Below, piece by piece: positions 47,134-56,521 of a stretch of 64,000 nucleotides of DNA (its first letter is position 1; the number at the start of each line of letters is the position of its first letter). A program made the translations under genes and the position numbers. This stretch comes from a virus (taxonomy: Duplodnaviria > Heunggongvirae > Uroviricota > Caudoviricetes), in the IMG/VR virus record IMGVR_UViG_3300028549_001428. One strand, given 5' to 3'. The notes under the pieces were generated by a model. The model was given only the letters and a program-made list of their open reading frames with translations. It was not told the DNA's origin and searched no databases.

Positions 47134-48221
47134 ACATTTCCTTGTGTTGTGTTGATTTCTTTGTATGTACCATACTTATCTTTTTCCCTTGCTTGATTCC
47201 ATTTAAACTTAACATCTTCTGGGAATAATTGAACATTCAATCTACCCTTTGCTGAGTCCATACTTAAATGATCTCTTTTCATAATCCGATCTACGCATAC
47301 ATTATAATCAGCAACCACTTGAATAATGTTATTGTTTACCAATGATAAGTTATCATATTCAATTAACATCGGAGCATCAACTGCTACTTGAACAGCATCA
47401 TCAACATTATCAGCAATTATCTGTTGTTTAATTTTTTGTAGTTTCTCACGATAACCAGCCTCAATGTATGGTTTCATGATGTTGCGAATGATTGCATTCT
47501 TGCGAGGATCTTCTAACTCTCTACGAAGCATCGACTTCTCAACCTGACCCACGTATTTACTTGCGTAAATTCCTTTAGTCTCTAATTTCTTCAAGATGGT
47601 AGGTGCAAGAAACATATTATCCCAAATTTCAAATACGATCTTATCAAAATCAATTTTGTATGCGAAATTTTCTTTTATATATGTACTCTTACCAGAACAT
47701 GAACGTCCTACAATACCAATCAAAACCATATTCAACAATTTAGATTCTAGATCTGCTTTGATTTCCATAGGAACCATATCAGACACATCAATTCCAGCCT
47801 TTACGAGTGCTTTCACATTGCTAGAAGATAAGGTGCTATGTTCTGGTCTAGCTGGAATAAAAATGCTTTCTACGTCACTTAATTGGTTGTTAATAAGAGC
47901 CATTGATTGCTCATATTCATAGTCAGCTGCATTACGAATTCCACGAACTGTTGCACATACATTATTTCGTGTCATGTAATCAACTGCCAGTCCTTCATCA
48001 GAACCAATATACACACGACTTGGATCAATTCCATTTTCAGGATTATTGATAGCATGCAATATATAATCTTTTCTGTTATCCAAAGAGAATAGAGTGGTTT
48101 TTGATGGATTGACCCCAATAACAATATGGATCTTTTTGAACATTGTCATCGCACGTCTGACAATATCAAGATGGCCATATGTTATAGGATCAAAAGATCC
48201 AAAAAATGCACATTCACTCAT
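47130..48221 (-). CDS. coaD: phosphopantetheine adenylyltransferase (CoaD) fused to dephospho-CoA kinase (CoaE)-like domain
   Basis: GSFDPITYGHLDI, VRGIRNAADYEYE, SSSNVK; then GIVGRSCSGKST, DAPMLIE, RIMKRD. Confidence 0.9.
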   Translation of the reverse strand: MSECAFFGSFDPITYGHLDIVRRAMTMFKKIHIVIGVNPSKTTLFSLDNRKDYILHAINNPENGIDPSRVYIGSDEGLAVDYMTRNNVCATVRGIRNAADYEYEQSMALINNQLSDVESIFIPARPEHSTLSSSNVKALVKAGIDVSDMVPMEIKADLESKLLNMVLIGIVGRSCSGKSTYIKENFAYKIDFDKIVFEIWDNMFLAPTILKKLETKGIYASKYVGQVEKSMLRRELEDPRKNAIIRNIMKPYIEAGYREKLQKIKQQIIADNVDDAVQVAVDAPMLIEYDNLSLVNNNIIQVVADYNVCVDRIMKRDHLSMDSAKGRLNVQLFPEDVKFKWNQAREKDKYGTYKEINTTQGNV

Positions 48222-48275
48222 ATATTCCTTTGTTTACAATTCATGTTATTAATATAGTAAATACTATATCGCTTG

Positions 48276-48521
48276 TCAATCCCAATCTACTTCACGTTCA
48301 TCCATACTTACATCTTCATATGGCTCAGTATACTGGTTATATTTATCAATTACCATATTTAATATTACTCGATGAATAACACCAATAGACGAAAATGTAT
48401 TTTTTAGTATTCTATCTGTTCTATTTACGTCATTCCAATGTATTTGTTTTTTAACTTGATGATTTAAATAATCATTAAATGGCATTGAATTATGTACAAC
48501 TACACTAATTTGCGTTATCAT
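48276..48521 (-). CDS. small protein, MIT-start group
   Basis: MITQI. Confidence 0.65.
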   Translation of the reverse strand: MITQISVVVHNSMPFNDYLNHQVKKQIHWNDVNRTDRILKNTFSSIGVIHRVILNMVIDKYNQYTEPYEDVSMDEREVDWD

Positions 48522-48937
48522 CTGTATACCTTAATAGCTTTTCGACTATCAGGAATAATAGATGCTGATATAATAGTAACATTAGTTACAATTCCATTTT
48601 CATCTACTTCACCAGTTTTATTTAAAGCAACCGCAAGATATTCCATTTCTAATATATCACTGATTTCTTTTGTTGGTCTATCAAAGTGAACAGTAGCTAA
48701 ATATTTACCATCAGAGAATTCAATATTAGTTAAATTACCAATTACCTTATTTTTAGGTAACGTAAACAATTCTGTTTCGTTATCAAATTTAGGAATACCT
48801 AACATGACATCAGCCTTTCCATCCTTGATATTTTCCATATATACATTAACGGCAGACTCAAGAACTTCCCTTGAGTAATACCTACCATTAACATTAACTT
48901 CATCTGGAATTGGTAGCACATCAAATATCTTTTCCAT
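48518..48937 (-). CDS. degenerate T4 gp21-type prohead protease paralogue
   Basis: NVNGRYYSREVLESAVNVY resembles the gp21 N-terminus; the GELxHP motif is absent. Confidence 0.55.
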   Translation of the reverse strand: MEKIFDVLPIPDEVNVNGRYYSREVLESAVNVYMENIKDGKADVMLGIPKFDNETELFTLPKNKVIGNLTNIEFSDGKYLATVHFDRPTKEISDILEMEYLAVALNKTGEVDENGIVTNVTIISASIIPDSRKAIKVYR

Positions 48938-48946
48938 AATTACCCC

Positions 48947-51238
48947 TTAAAACTTGTCATGAATTTTATTAGTTTTAATGAATGTTGTACATTTACCAAA
49001 ATTTCTCACATCATCTGCACCAATATATGTACCGGTTGATCTCAGTCCACCAAGAATATCCTTAATGATTGGTTCCACCGACCCAACATAAGGAACTTCC
49101 TCAATTAATCCTTCACTGGTTCTATATTCCTTCATTTCACCCATATGAGTTTTTTGTGCATATTCGGATGACATTCCATAAAATAATTTGAATTTACTTT
49201 CTTTTATGATATCATCAAAATATTTTTTACCATCTTCGTCATATCTAAAATGAACTTCATCACTTCGATAATATCGAGTAATTATTTCGCCTTCACATTC
49301 ATCAGTTCCAGCAAACATACCACCAATCATTACTATGTCAGCATTAGCGCATAATGCCTTTGCGACATCGCCAGCACTACGAACACCACCATCAGCAATA
49401 ATACCAGCACTAAGACCATGAGCCGCATCAGCACACTCAATAATGGCAGATAGTTGTGGATAGCCTACGCCAGTTTTCAATCGAGTTGAACACTTACTAT
49501 TATGAACCACTGAATTATTTGCTATAAAACTATGCGATTCACAATCAACTTCAATATCATATGTCGGAATTAGAAATTCAATGTCTTCTGGTTCATTATA
49601 TACTCTATTTATTTGATATTTATAATCAGTGGTTTGTGGAATTGTAACAGAACGACACTTATATGAGTCTTGAATATTATCAATGTTAATATTTTCAAGC
49701 GTTCCACATGACTTTCCATGTGATTGCATTGATGGAAAATATCCATTAATCATATAAAATATGATAGCAAATCGTTCAATTAATATTTCAGATGTATTAC
49801 CAAATCCTATTCTACCATCAGAATAATATGAACCATCACTATCAATCATACCATCCAATATTCCCTTTAAATAATCGTGATTATTTATCAGATACATATC
49901 TGGTATTATTTTTTTATTAGTTTCATCATAAAATTGTCTAAAAAATCTAGTTAATACATTTGATGCACAATATACTGTTGTCATATTAGAAATAACATCA
50001 ATTGTAGATTTTACATTGAATACATCAGATAATGCGTCTTTAACTTTCAATGCAATAGAACCTTCTTCTTTACCAAAATACCATTTCAGGTTTGATGTAG
50101 TATTTCTAGTAACATTACCATCAGATGATTCTCGTTCAGTTCGATATATACCAGCAGTACCATCACCTATAAACGTACCAATTAAATACCCTAAATTATA
50201 TGATGGAATAATGGATTTATTTATATCAGATGAACCAGAAAATCCTCTAACTGCATGCGCAAATGAATTCATATCAATGATGAATGAATCTTTCATTTCA
50301 AATGATATTTTCATTGGCATTACCAATGTTTTATTTTTGAAATTATCTTCAACATTATCCCAATGAAATTTACTATCACCATTGCGGCATAATTTATGTA
50401 GGCAATCTTGTAAATTTACTGATCCAACTGATGCCGAAAATGACCCATAATCACCAACCATATGTTTATGATCAGGTGTAACTATGGTATTCTTATACCA
50501 TAAATTATTTTTATATTTTTTTACCTTTCTCATACCAGAATATGTTACACCAATTATATCAACTGGCATGCCATGTCCATTTATAACTCGATCATGCAGT
50601 CTAATATCTTTAATATTTTTATACGTTCCGTTAGCCATTAATACACGAGTATCACCAGCTAAACATCCAGGACCAATACCACATTTTACATAGTCAGCAC
50701 CACCAAGAATCAATTCCATTGTCATATCTGGGGTAACTACATTACCTGCAACAATAACAATCTCTGGATAACTTTCACGAATCTTTGATATAAACCCAGC
50801 AAATTTCTGACTATATCCATTAGCTATATCAACACATAATTTAATCTTATTTGATGTTATACCACTATACCGACATTCTTTGATAAATTGATAATATTTA
50901 TCAAATGTATCTAATTCAACATCACTCATACCTATGGTATAAAAGCCATGATCTAATCGGTTTGATAATTCTGTGGCAGTTAATGAATTATTAATCCAAC
51001 CACCAGAGGCAAACTTAGCAATCGCTACAAACATCCCATACTTACTAAATACATCTAACATTTTAAATGTACCAGTTGCCATATTTGAAGCCATTACTGG
51101 TATACCTTCAAATGGGGTTCCGTACTTTGGTTTAAATATTCTAGATAATGTTACCTGCGATCTGCTGTCCAGTGATGTTCTCTTTGGGCGAATCATAACA
51201 TCAGTGAAATTTAATTTTGCTTCCGATTCAATTAACAT
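48947..51238 (-). CDS. guaC: GMP reductase (GuaC, E. coli type) interrupted by an intein
   Basis: KLNFTDVMIRPKR, CVDIANGYS, GIGPG|S-K-C-STR..TGVGYPQLSA, IIADGG, FYGMSS. Confidence 0.93.
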   Translation of the reverse strand: MLIESEAKLNFTDVMIRPKRTSLDSRSQVTLSRIFKPKYGTPFEGIPVMASNMATGTFKMLDVFSKYGMFVAIAKFASGGWINNSLTATELSNRLDHGFYTIGMSDVELDTFDKYYQFIKECRYSGITSNKIKLCVDIANGYSQKFAGFISKIRESYPEIVIVAGNVVTPDMTMELILGGADYVKCGIGPGCLAGDTRVLMANGTYKNIKDIRLHDRVINGHGMPVDIIGVTYSGMRKVKKYKNNLWYKNTIVTPDHKHMVGDYGSFSASVGSVNLQDCLHKLCRNGDSKFHWDNVEDNFKNKTLVMPMKISFEMKDSFIIDMNSFAHAVRGFSGSSDINKSIIPSYNLGYLIGTFIGDGTAGIYRTERESSDGNVTRNTTSNLKWYFGKEEGSIALKVKDALSDVFNVKSTIDVISNMTTVYCASNVLTRFFRQFYDETNKKIIPDMYLINNHDYLKGILDGMIDSDGSYYSDGRIGFGNTSEILIERFAIIFYMINGYFPSMQSHGKSCGTLENINIDNIQDSYKCRSVTIPQTTDYKYQINRVYNEPEDIEFLIPTYDIEVDCESHSFIANNSVVHNSKCSTRLKTGVGYPQLSAIIECADAAHGLSAGIIADGGVRSAGDVAKALCANADIVMIGGMFAGTDECEGEIITRYYRSDEVHFRYDEDGKKYFDDIIKESKFKLFYGMSSEYAQKTHMGEMKEYRTSEGLIEEVPYVGSVEPIIKDILGGLRSTGTYIGADDVRNFGKCTTFIKTNKIHDKF
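49499..50665 (-). mobile_element. 389-aa intein with LAGLIDADG homing endonuclease
   Basis: Starts CLAGDTRV, ends HSFIANNSVVHN, +1 Ser; blocks LGYLIGTFIGDG and LKGILDGMIDSDG. Confidence 0.93.
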
Positions 51239-51443
51239 TGGAGTTCCTATTTTTTATAGTATATAATTTTGGACATATTACTCTAAATGTATATGCAAGC
51301 ATACATAGAGATAATCCTATTGCTGTATTAAATGCCATACCAATTGATATAGGAACCGCTACACATAGAAAAAATGTAACGAATCGTTTATTTTCTTCTA
51401 ACACATCATATTTGTTATTCAATTTCTGAATCCAATTAATCAT
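51228..51443 (-). CDS. small two-TM protein
   Basis: Hydrophobic core. Confidence 0.6.
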   Translation of the reverse strand: MINWIQKLNNKYDVLEENKRFVTFFLCVAVPISIGMAFNTAIGLSLCMLAYTFRVICPKLYTIKNRNSNVN

Positions 51444-51513
51444 AGATTCTCCCTAAATAAAAAAATCGTACATTACAAATATACGATTTTTTATAAGTAT
51501 TTGGTATATTATT

Positions 51514-52389
51514 TTATTTTAAATGACCCTGATCGTACAAAGTAACTACCATATTAACAGCAATCTCTGGTGTGATCTTAAATACAGATCTATCAAGCAC
51601 CGTCAATGCAACTGCATATTCTGGATCTTTGCGGAATTTTGCAAATAAAGCAGAGAACGCATCAACTTCATGTAAACTATATTTATGAAGTGTTGGCATT
51701 ACTTCATTACGAATATATTCAACAGGCAAAGTGAATTTTGTAGTCAATTGAGCTTTCTTTTCAGGTTCACGCTTAATTGAAACAATTTTATCTACTTTAT
51801 CCACTTTAGTTGCTGATTCCCTAATATCAGCAGCCTTAATATCACTTACTGGTTTTACCACTGGATCAACCACTTTCTTCGCATCACCAAATGTATGAGT
51901 GCCACTACCAACGATAGTTGATGATTGTGCTGGGATAACATTCGCATGTCCACCCATAATAGCAGAGTAATTGTTAGCTCGGTTAATGATTTTGCTCACC
52001 AACGAAGACATACCAAGATTAGTCTTGCACCACTGTAATTTTTCAGCAGGTGTCATTGTCTTCCATGCTTCAATGTCTTTATCACTAACAATAACAGCAT
52101 CAGGCTTTGGAGTTGGTTGTACAGGCGCAGGTTCTGGTGTGGCAGGTTTTGCACTATACAATGCAATCTTTTCATCAAGTGACTTTACAATAGCCTGTCC
52201 AATTGGACTAGTTTCCCACCCAAGTCTAGTAATAAATGACATGACTTGTTCTTTGCGTTTTTTATATTTGTCAGCTTCATCGCAAATAGGACATTTACCT
52301 TCTGGAAAAGTATTTGTTTTATATTCGTTAGGGGTCGCAGTAAAGCGTAGCGTTACTGGTTCGTTAATTTTCGGTTTCCACCATTCCAT
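51514..52389 (-). CDS. hypothetical protein with a gp32 (SSB)-like N-terminal fragment
   Basis: WKPK..VTLRF..KCPICD; remainder low-complexity or unrecognised. Confidence 0.55.
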   Translation of the reverse strand: MEWWKPKINEPVTLRFTATPNEYKTNTFPEGKCPICDEADKYKKRKEQVMSFITRLGWETSPIGQAIVKSLDEKIALYSAKPATPEPAPVQPTPKPDAVIVSDKDIEAWKTMTPAEKLQWCKTNLGMSSLVSKIINRANNYSAIMGGHANVIPAQSSTIVGSGTHTFGDAKKVVDPVVKPVSDIKAADIRESATKVDKVDKIVSIKREPEKKAQLTTKFTLPVEYIRNEVMPTLHKYSLHEVDAFSALFAKFRKDPEYAVALTVLDRSVFKITPEIAVNMVVTLYDQGHLK

Positions 52390-52390
52390 A

Positions 52391-52789
52391 TTATACTCCT
52401 CTATGCCCTACGCTGTAGGATGATTTAGTTCCATTGTTAATTTTGTCAATGATTTTTTTATCAAACAATTCAATTCTTGCTTTCTCAACGTTAGATGATC
52501 TAACAATTCCAATTGGTGTTACTCTATCATCATCTACAACAATTAAACCTACTTTCGATGGTGTATTTGTTGTAATATGCATTGTAGTAAGCACAGTGAA
52601 TCTATCAGTTTCTTCAACTTCAATAATAGGGCGATGCCATATAATATCATCAGTAAGACACTTGTAGCTATATGCTGGTGCTAACGATGACTCAATATAA
52701 CCAACACCAATAATTTCGTAGATAGTACCACGCTTAATGTGTTGGATTATAGTACCAACCTTATATTTATTATGTGTTATTTTTTCCAT
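52391..52789 (-). CDS. DUF1653-like protein
   Basis: QHIKRGTIYEIIG..YKCLTDDIIWHRP. Confidence 0.65.
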   Translation of the reverse strand: MEKITHNKYKVGTIIQHIKRGTIYEIIGVGYIESSLAPAYSYKCLTDDIIWHRPIIEVEETDRFTVLTTMHITTNTPSKVGLIVVDDDRVTPIGIVRSSNVEKARIELFDKKIIDKINNGTKSSYSVGHRGV

Positions 52790-52921
52790 ACAACTTCAAT
52801 ATTACGTTTAATAATTTCTTGTTTCATCTGTTCAGCAATCTTACCGAGTAAATAATCCTGTTGAACATTACGAACTACATCAGAATTCATTACACTAATA
52901 TAGTCAATAATCTTAGGTTTG

Positions 52922-53692
52922 TCAATTTCTATTTGATTCATAATCCAATACGCCCATAATCAACTTTTGAGTATCAATGCAATACAACCCAGAAGAATTA
53001 ATACAATTGGTTTCCAGAATTTTTGGAATGCCATTAGTTACGGCTACATCCATACAGAATGCATCATCTGGTTTCCAAGTTTTAATTATGTCGTTGACAT
53101 AATCAATGATATAATCATCTACATGGGGATGAAAGAATGGAGACCCATTCTGCTTATATTGCGATGTCGTCACAACCTTATCATTAATAACAAAACATCT
53201 AATCTCTTGGTCAATCTGCCTTAAACGAGCCATAGAAATTCTGGTATCTCGTGTAACAGTTGAATAATTTTCAACTGGAGTATCCATGATTTTCTGTTTC
53301 CAGTCCACATACCATTCACGAGTAACCACTTCACCACAAAATGATTTAGTATCTTCAGTAGGTCTAATGAAAAATTTGTCATCAATCGCATCCACATCTT
53401 TCACCGCACCAAATATCATATCAGAATTAAACATTTCTTCACCATAATGCAAATGAAGATTATCAATAGATAGATTAGGACTGATGAATGATGCAGGTGA
53501 AAAATATTTCTTTGATATACGAGCAAGAGTATATGAACCATACACAAAGATAAATTCATCTTTTAATGATTCATATGTATTACCATCTTCAAATTCAATT
53601 CCATCTTCAGAAAACGGAATTACTTTACAATCAGTATATGGAATACTAAAACGATCAAGATTAGTTTTGATCTCTACTACTTTTAAAAACAC
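52922..53692 (-). CDS. ATP-grasp protein (DUF4343/R2K-like)
   Basis: FIRPTEDTKSFCG, EIRCFVI, SQY, MDVA, LETNCINSSGLY. Confidence 0.82.
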   Translation of the reverse strand: MFLKVVEIKTNLDRFSIPYTDCKVIPFSEDGIEFEDGNTYESLKDEFIFVYGSYTLARISKKYFSPASFISPNLSIDNLHLHYGEEMFNSDMIFGAVKDVDAIDDKFFIRPTEDTKSFCGEVVTREWYVDWKQKIMDTPVENYSTVTRDTRISMARLRQIDQEIRCFVINDKVVTTSQYKQNGSPFFHPHVDDYIIDYVNDIIKTWKPDDAFCMDVAVTNGIPKILETNCINSSGLYCIDTQKLIMGVLDYESNRN

Positions 53693-53738
53693 TTTGCATT
53701 AACCAACGCATTTATATTCCTTATATAATGATTTTAAT

Positions 53739-54143
53739 TTATTGCTGTTGTGCATTAAAAACCATTTGATGATGCACCGCTTTATACAAATCTTCTATCG
53801 TTGGTGCTACCATAACTTTGATGTTTTGTTTATTTAGTGCATTATATTCGATTGCATTAATATCTTCAGAAACAACTACGAATAGTATTTCCTTTCTAGA
53901 TTTAGCAAAATCACATAAGTAGTTTACAGTACCTACACCAAGTAAACCACCATGTATGAATCGAAAATAAATCTGTTTTTTCTTAAATTTCACACGCAAA
54001 TCCAACCGAGACTTCTTAAATCCCTCGTAAGGGATATCTACTTTGTATCCATTCCGAACAAATTCCATTACAATATCTTGGAACAATTTCTTATCAAAAT
54101 TCTTCCATTTATAATTATGAATCCATTTCTGAATAAAATTCAT
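53739..54143 (-). CDS. PD-(D/E)xK-fold-like protein
   Basis: GYKVDI..SRLDLRV restriction-endonuclease-like pattern; catalytic completeness unclear. Confidence 0.4.
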   Translation of the reverse strand: MNFIQKWIHNYKWKNFDKKLFQDIVMEFVRNGYKVDIPYEGFKKSRLDLRVKFKKKQIYFRFIHGGLLGVGTVNYLCDFAKSRKEILFVVVSEDINAIEYNALNKQNIKVMVAPTIEDLYKAVHHQMVFNAQQQ

Positions 54144-54144
54144 A

Positions 54145-55281
54145 TTAGTATCCCTTCAAGATTTTCTGCAACTTAGAAGCATCTGTGTTACGAATGCCAT
54201 CAATAACATTAGCAATTCGACCAGCCTTCAATTGGAAGAATACACCACTAAGTGCATGATCCTTCACATGAGAAGCATATTCGAACTGATTAGTAATGTC
54301 CTTAACAGACTCATATAACTTTTCAGTTTCGCTAACAAGGTTCGTGTATCGAGTAAGAACCTTATTGTACAACTGCGTGTACTGAGGGTAATATGTGAGG
54401 AATTCGGAACACTCATTAATCATGATGATCTTGAGCATCCAACGTTCCTGTGTATTACCATCGTACTTATCCATACGAAGACCCTTTTCCTGAATCTCAT
54501 CAGGAGTCAAGCCAAGATGGGAGATAGCAGCGTACTGAGGGGACTTCAACTTTACACGATTGAATGCACCATCAGTAATGACAAATCCTTCCTGTTCCAT
54601 TGGATTCATAGATACGCAAAGCTGTTCTGCATCTTCGATAGAAAAAATAGGAAAGCTCTTTACCTTGTTCCAGTTTTCCTTGACAAAATCAATATCGATT
54701 TCGCACATGGTATCCAAGTCACGAGCACCAATCAAAGTGATCTTGTTTTCAGTCTGGGGAACAAGTACCATAGTCAATGGAGAAGTCATTTCAAAAATGT
54801 ATGTACGTCTCTTATCACGAGGCATTTCATAACCCATGTCATTCCATGTATTCCAGAACAAGTCTTTGAATGTAGTGCTGTTGTCAGAAACCTCACCACG
54901 AGCGTCAGGAAGTCCCGAAGAAGCTACATGGAACTTTCCATCATACCAGTAGACAAACATCAATGAACCGTCAATCTTCTCCCAGAACCGAGCATTCTTC
55001 CAATCAATCTTGTCAGCATGGTGTTCACCACAGCTAAAAAATCGTTTAAACGGAAATGCAATAATCTTCCAATCATTAGAACTATCAAGGATCAATCCTC
55101 TACATTCACGCACAATATCATGTACAGTTGGTGAATTTATCTGATCGTATTTAAATTGAACTAGATTTGGATATTCGGAATGTCTATTAATATTAATACC
55201 ATACTTTTCATTCAATGTATTTAATGCCACTTCAATATCATTAAATAACTTCAAAAATTTCACAACATGTAGTTCGTGCAT
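54145..55281 (-). CDS. rnlA: RNA ligase 1 (T4 RnlA-like)
   Basis: RECRGLI, PFKRFF, EKIDGS, YIFEMTSP, EGFV, RVKLKSPQY. Confidence 0.9.
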   Translation of the reverse strand: MHELHVVKFLKLFNDIEVALNTLNEKYGININRHSEYPNLVQFKYDQINSPTVHDIVRECRGLILDSSNDWKIIAFPFKRFFSCGEHHADKIDWKNARFWEKIDGSLMFVYWYDGKFHVASSGLPDARGEVSDNSTTFKDLFWNTWNDMGYEMPRDKRRTYIFEMTSPLTMVLVPQTENKITLIGARDLDTMCEIDIDFVKENWNKVKSFPIFSIEDAEQLCVSMNPMEQEGFVITDGAFNRVKLKSPQYAAISHLGLTPDEIQEKGLRMDKYDGNTQERWMLKIIMINECSEFLTYYPQYTQLYNKVLTRYTNLVSETEKLYESVKDITNQFEYASHVKDHALSGVFFQLKAGRIANVIDGIRNTDASKLQKILKGY

Positions 55282-55317
55282 ATAATCTCCTTTAATTATA
55301 ATATAGAAATAAACAAA

Positions 55318-56142
55318 CTATTTGTCAATGATTAAAACTCCTTTTTTTATCCATCTATATATAGACTGGAATGGAACTTCTATCATAGATGCAATTGTTA
55401 TTGGTGAGTATCCATCATTTAATAACTGTTGCGCTTTACTTTTCTTTATGTCATATTTAGCATAATCTGGTGTTATTGTGTTGATATAACCTAAGAATTT
55501 TTTATACTTAGGGCTATCTTCATGTACAGGAGATGCATAAATCCAATTACCTATTGAAACCGCCTTGCGTCCCGTCCATCTAAGTTCATATATCGAACTA
55601 CGTTCTATTTTTGTTATATACCCAGAAACAGGAACCACTTTATTTAATTCATATATAAATTCTTTTGTACCAACTACTAAAATAGTTAACAACTGATATT
55701 GTCTATTGTTCCTATATACACCAACAGTACCATCACCTTCAATATAACCCTCAATAAATTTATTTAATAATGCGTATGGAATTGTTTTAGGTAATGTGTA
55801 ATTTAATGTCTTTCTAGGTACTATGTTATACAATTTCAAATCGTCAATAATTAAATTTGACCCAAAATTTAATGTATATATTGTATTTCCTTTAATTGGA
55901 TTATGTGAATATATTGGATTATCTACTCCATATATATTTTTAATTTTTTCGATACAATATTTACCATTATCGCCACTCTGACTTATAGTAATTCTATTAT
56001 TTTTAGTAATACATCCATCAGATGCCATCATGCCCAACAACCAATACATTTCTGGTGTATTAGACTTAAAAATATCTTCATTCAATATAGTATATTGATT
56101 TAAAAATTTTCCTGTATTTATATCTTGCATAGCAAACTCCAT
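55318..56142 (-). CDS. free-standing LAGLIDADG homing endonuclease
   Basis: YWLLGMMASDG and FIEGYIEGDG; C-terminal HTH. Confidence 0.9.
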   Translation of the reverse strand: MEFAMQDINTGKFLNQYTILNEDIFKSNTPEMYWLLGMMASDGCITKNNRITISQSGDNGKYCIEKIKNIYGVDNPIYSHNPIKGNTIYTLNFGSNLIIDDLKLYNIVPRKTLNYTLPKTIPYALLNKFIEGYIEGDGTVGVYRNNRQYQLLTILVVGTKEFIYELNKVVPVSGYITKIERSSIYELRWTGRKAVSIGNWIYASPVHEDSPKYKKFLGYINTITPDYAKYDIKKSKAQQLLNDGYSPITIASMIEVPFQSIYRWIKKGVLIIDK

Positions 56143-56166
56143 TTTATAATAGTTTATAAAATGGAG
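56137..56166 (-). promoter_or_regulatory. 13-bp hairpin sequestering the HE start codon and containing the late promoter
   Basis: CTCCATTTTATAA-ACTA-TTATAAAATGGAG on the - strand. Confidence 0.75.
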
Positions 56167-56236
56167 AATATTTATTAAACTTTGGTGAATTTAATAAATG
56201 AAGCCGATAGAATTGATACCGACTCCATCAAAATAA

Positions 56237-56521
56237 CTAAGGTATAATTATATAATTTCTACCACCACCACCACTTTCTTTTTGTACATTATATCCAAGT
56301 GAGATCAATTCATTCTTGATTTCTTCCATCAACTCTTCAATAAAAATTCTGTTAATACCACTACGAACAGCAGTTTCTAGCTTATCAGTTATTTCTTTTC
56401 GCTGTGTGTTCATTCTGGTATCATTCAGTGCGTCCAATTTCTTTCGATATTCGGACGATTCAGGTATTTTCCATGTTCCTTGACAACTCATATGAATATC
56501 CTTACTTACCGAATTTTTCAT
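56237..56521 (-). CDS. hypothetical protein (94 aa)
   Basis: ORF. Confidence 0.65.
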   Translation of the reverse strand: MKNSVSKDIHMSCQGTWKIPESSEYRKKLDALNDTRMNTQRKEITDKLETAVRSGINRIFIEELMEEIKNELISLGYNVQKESGGGGRNYIIIP

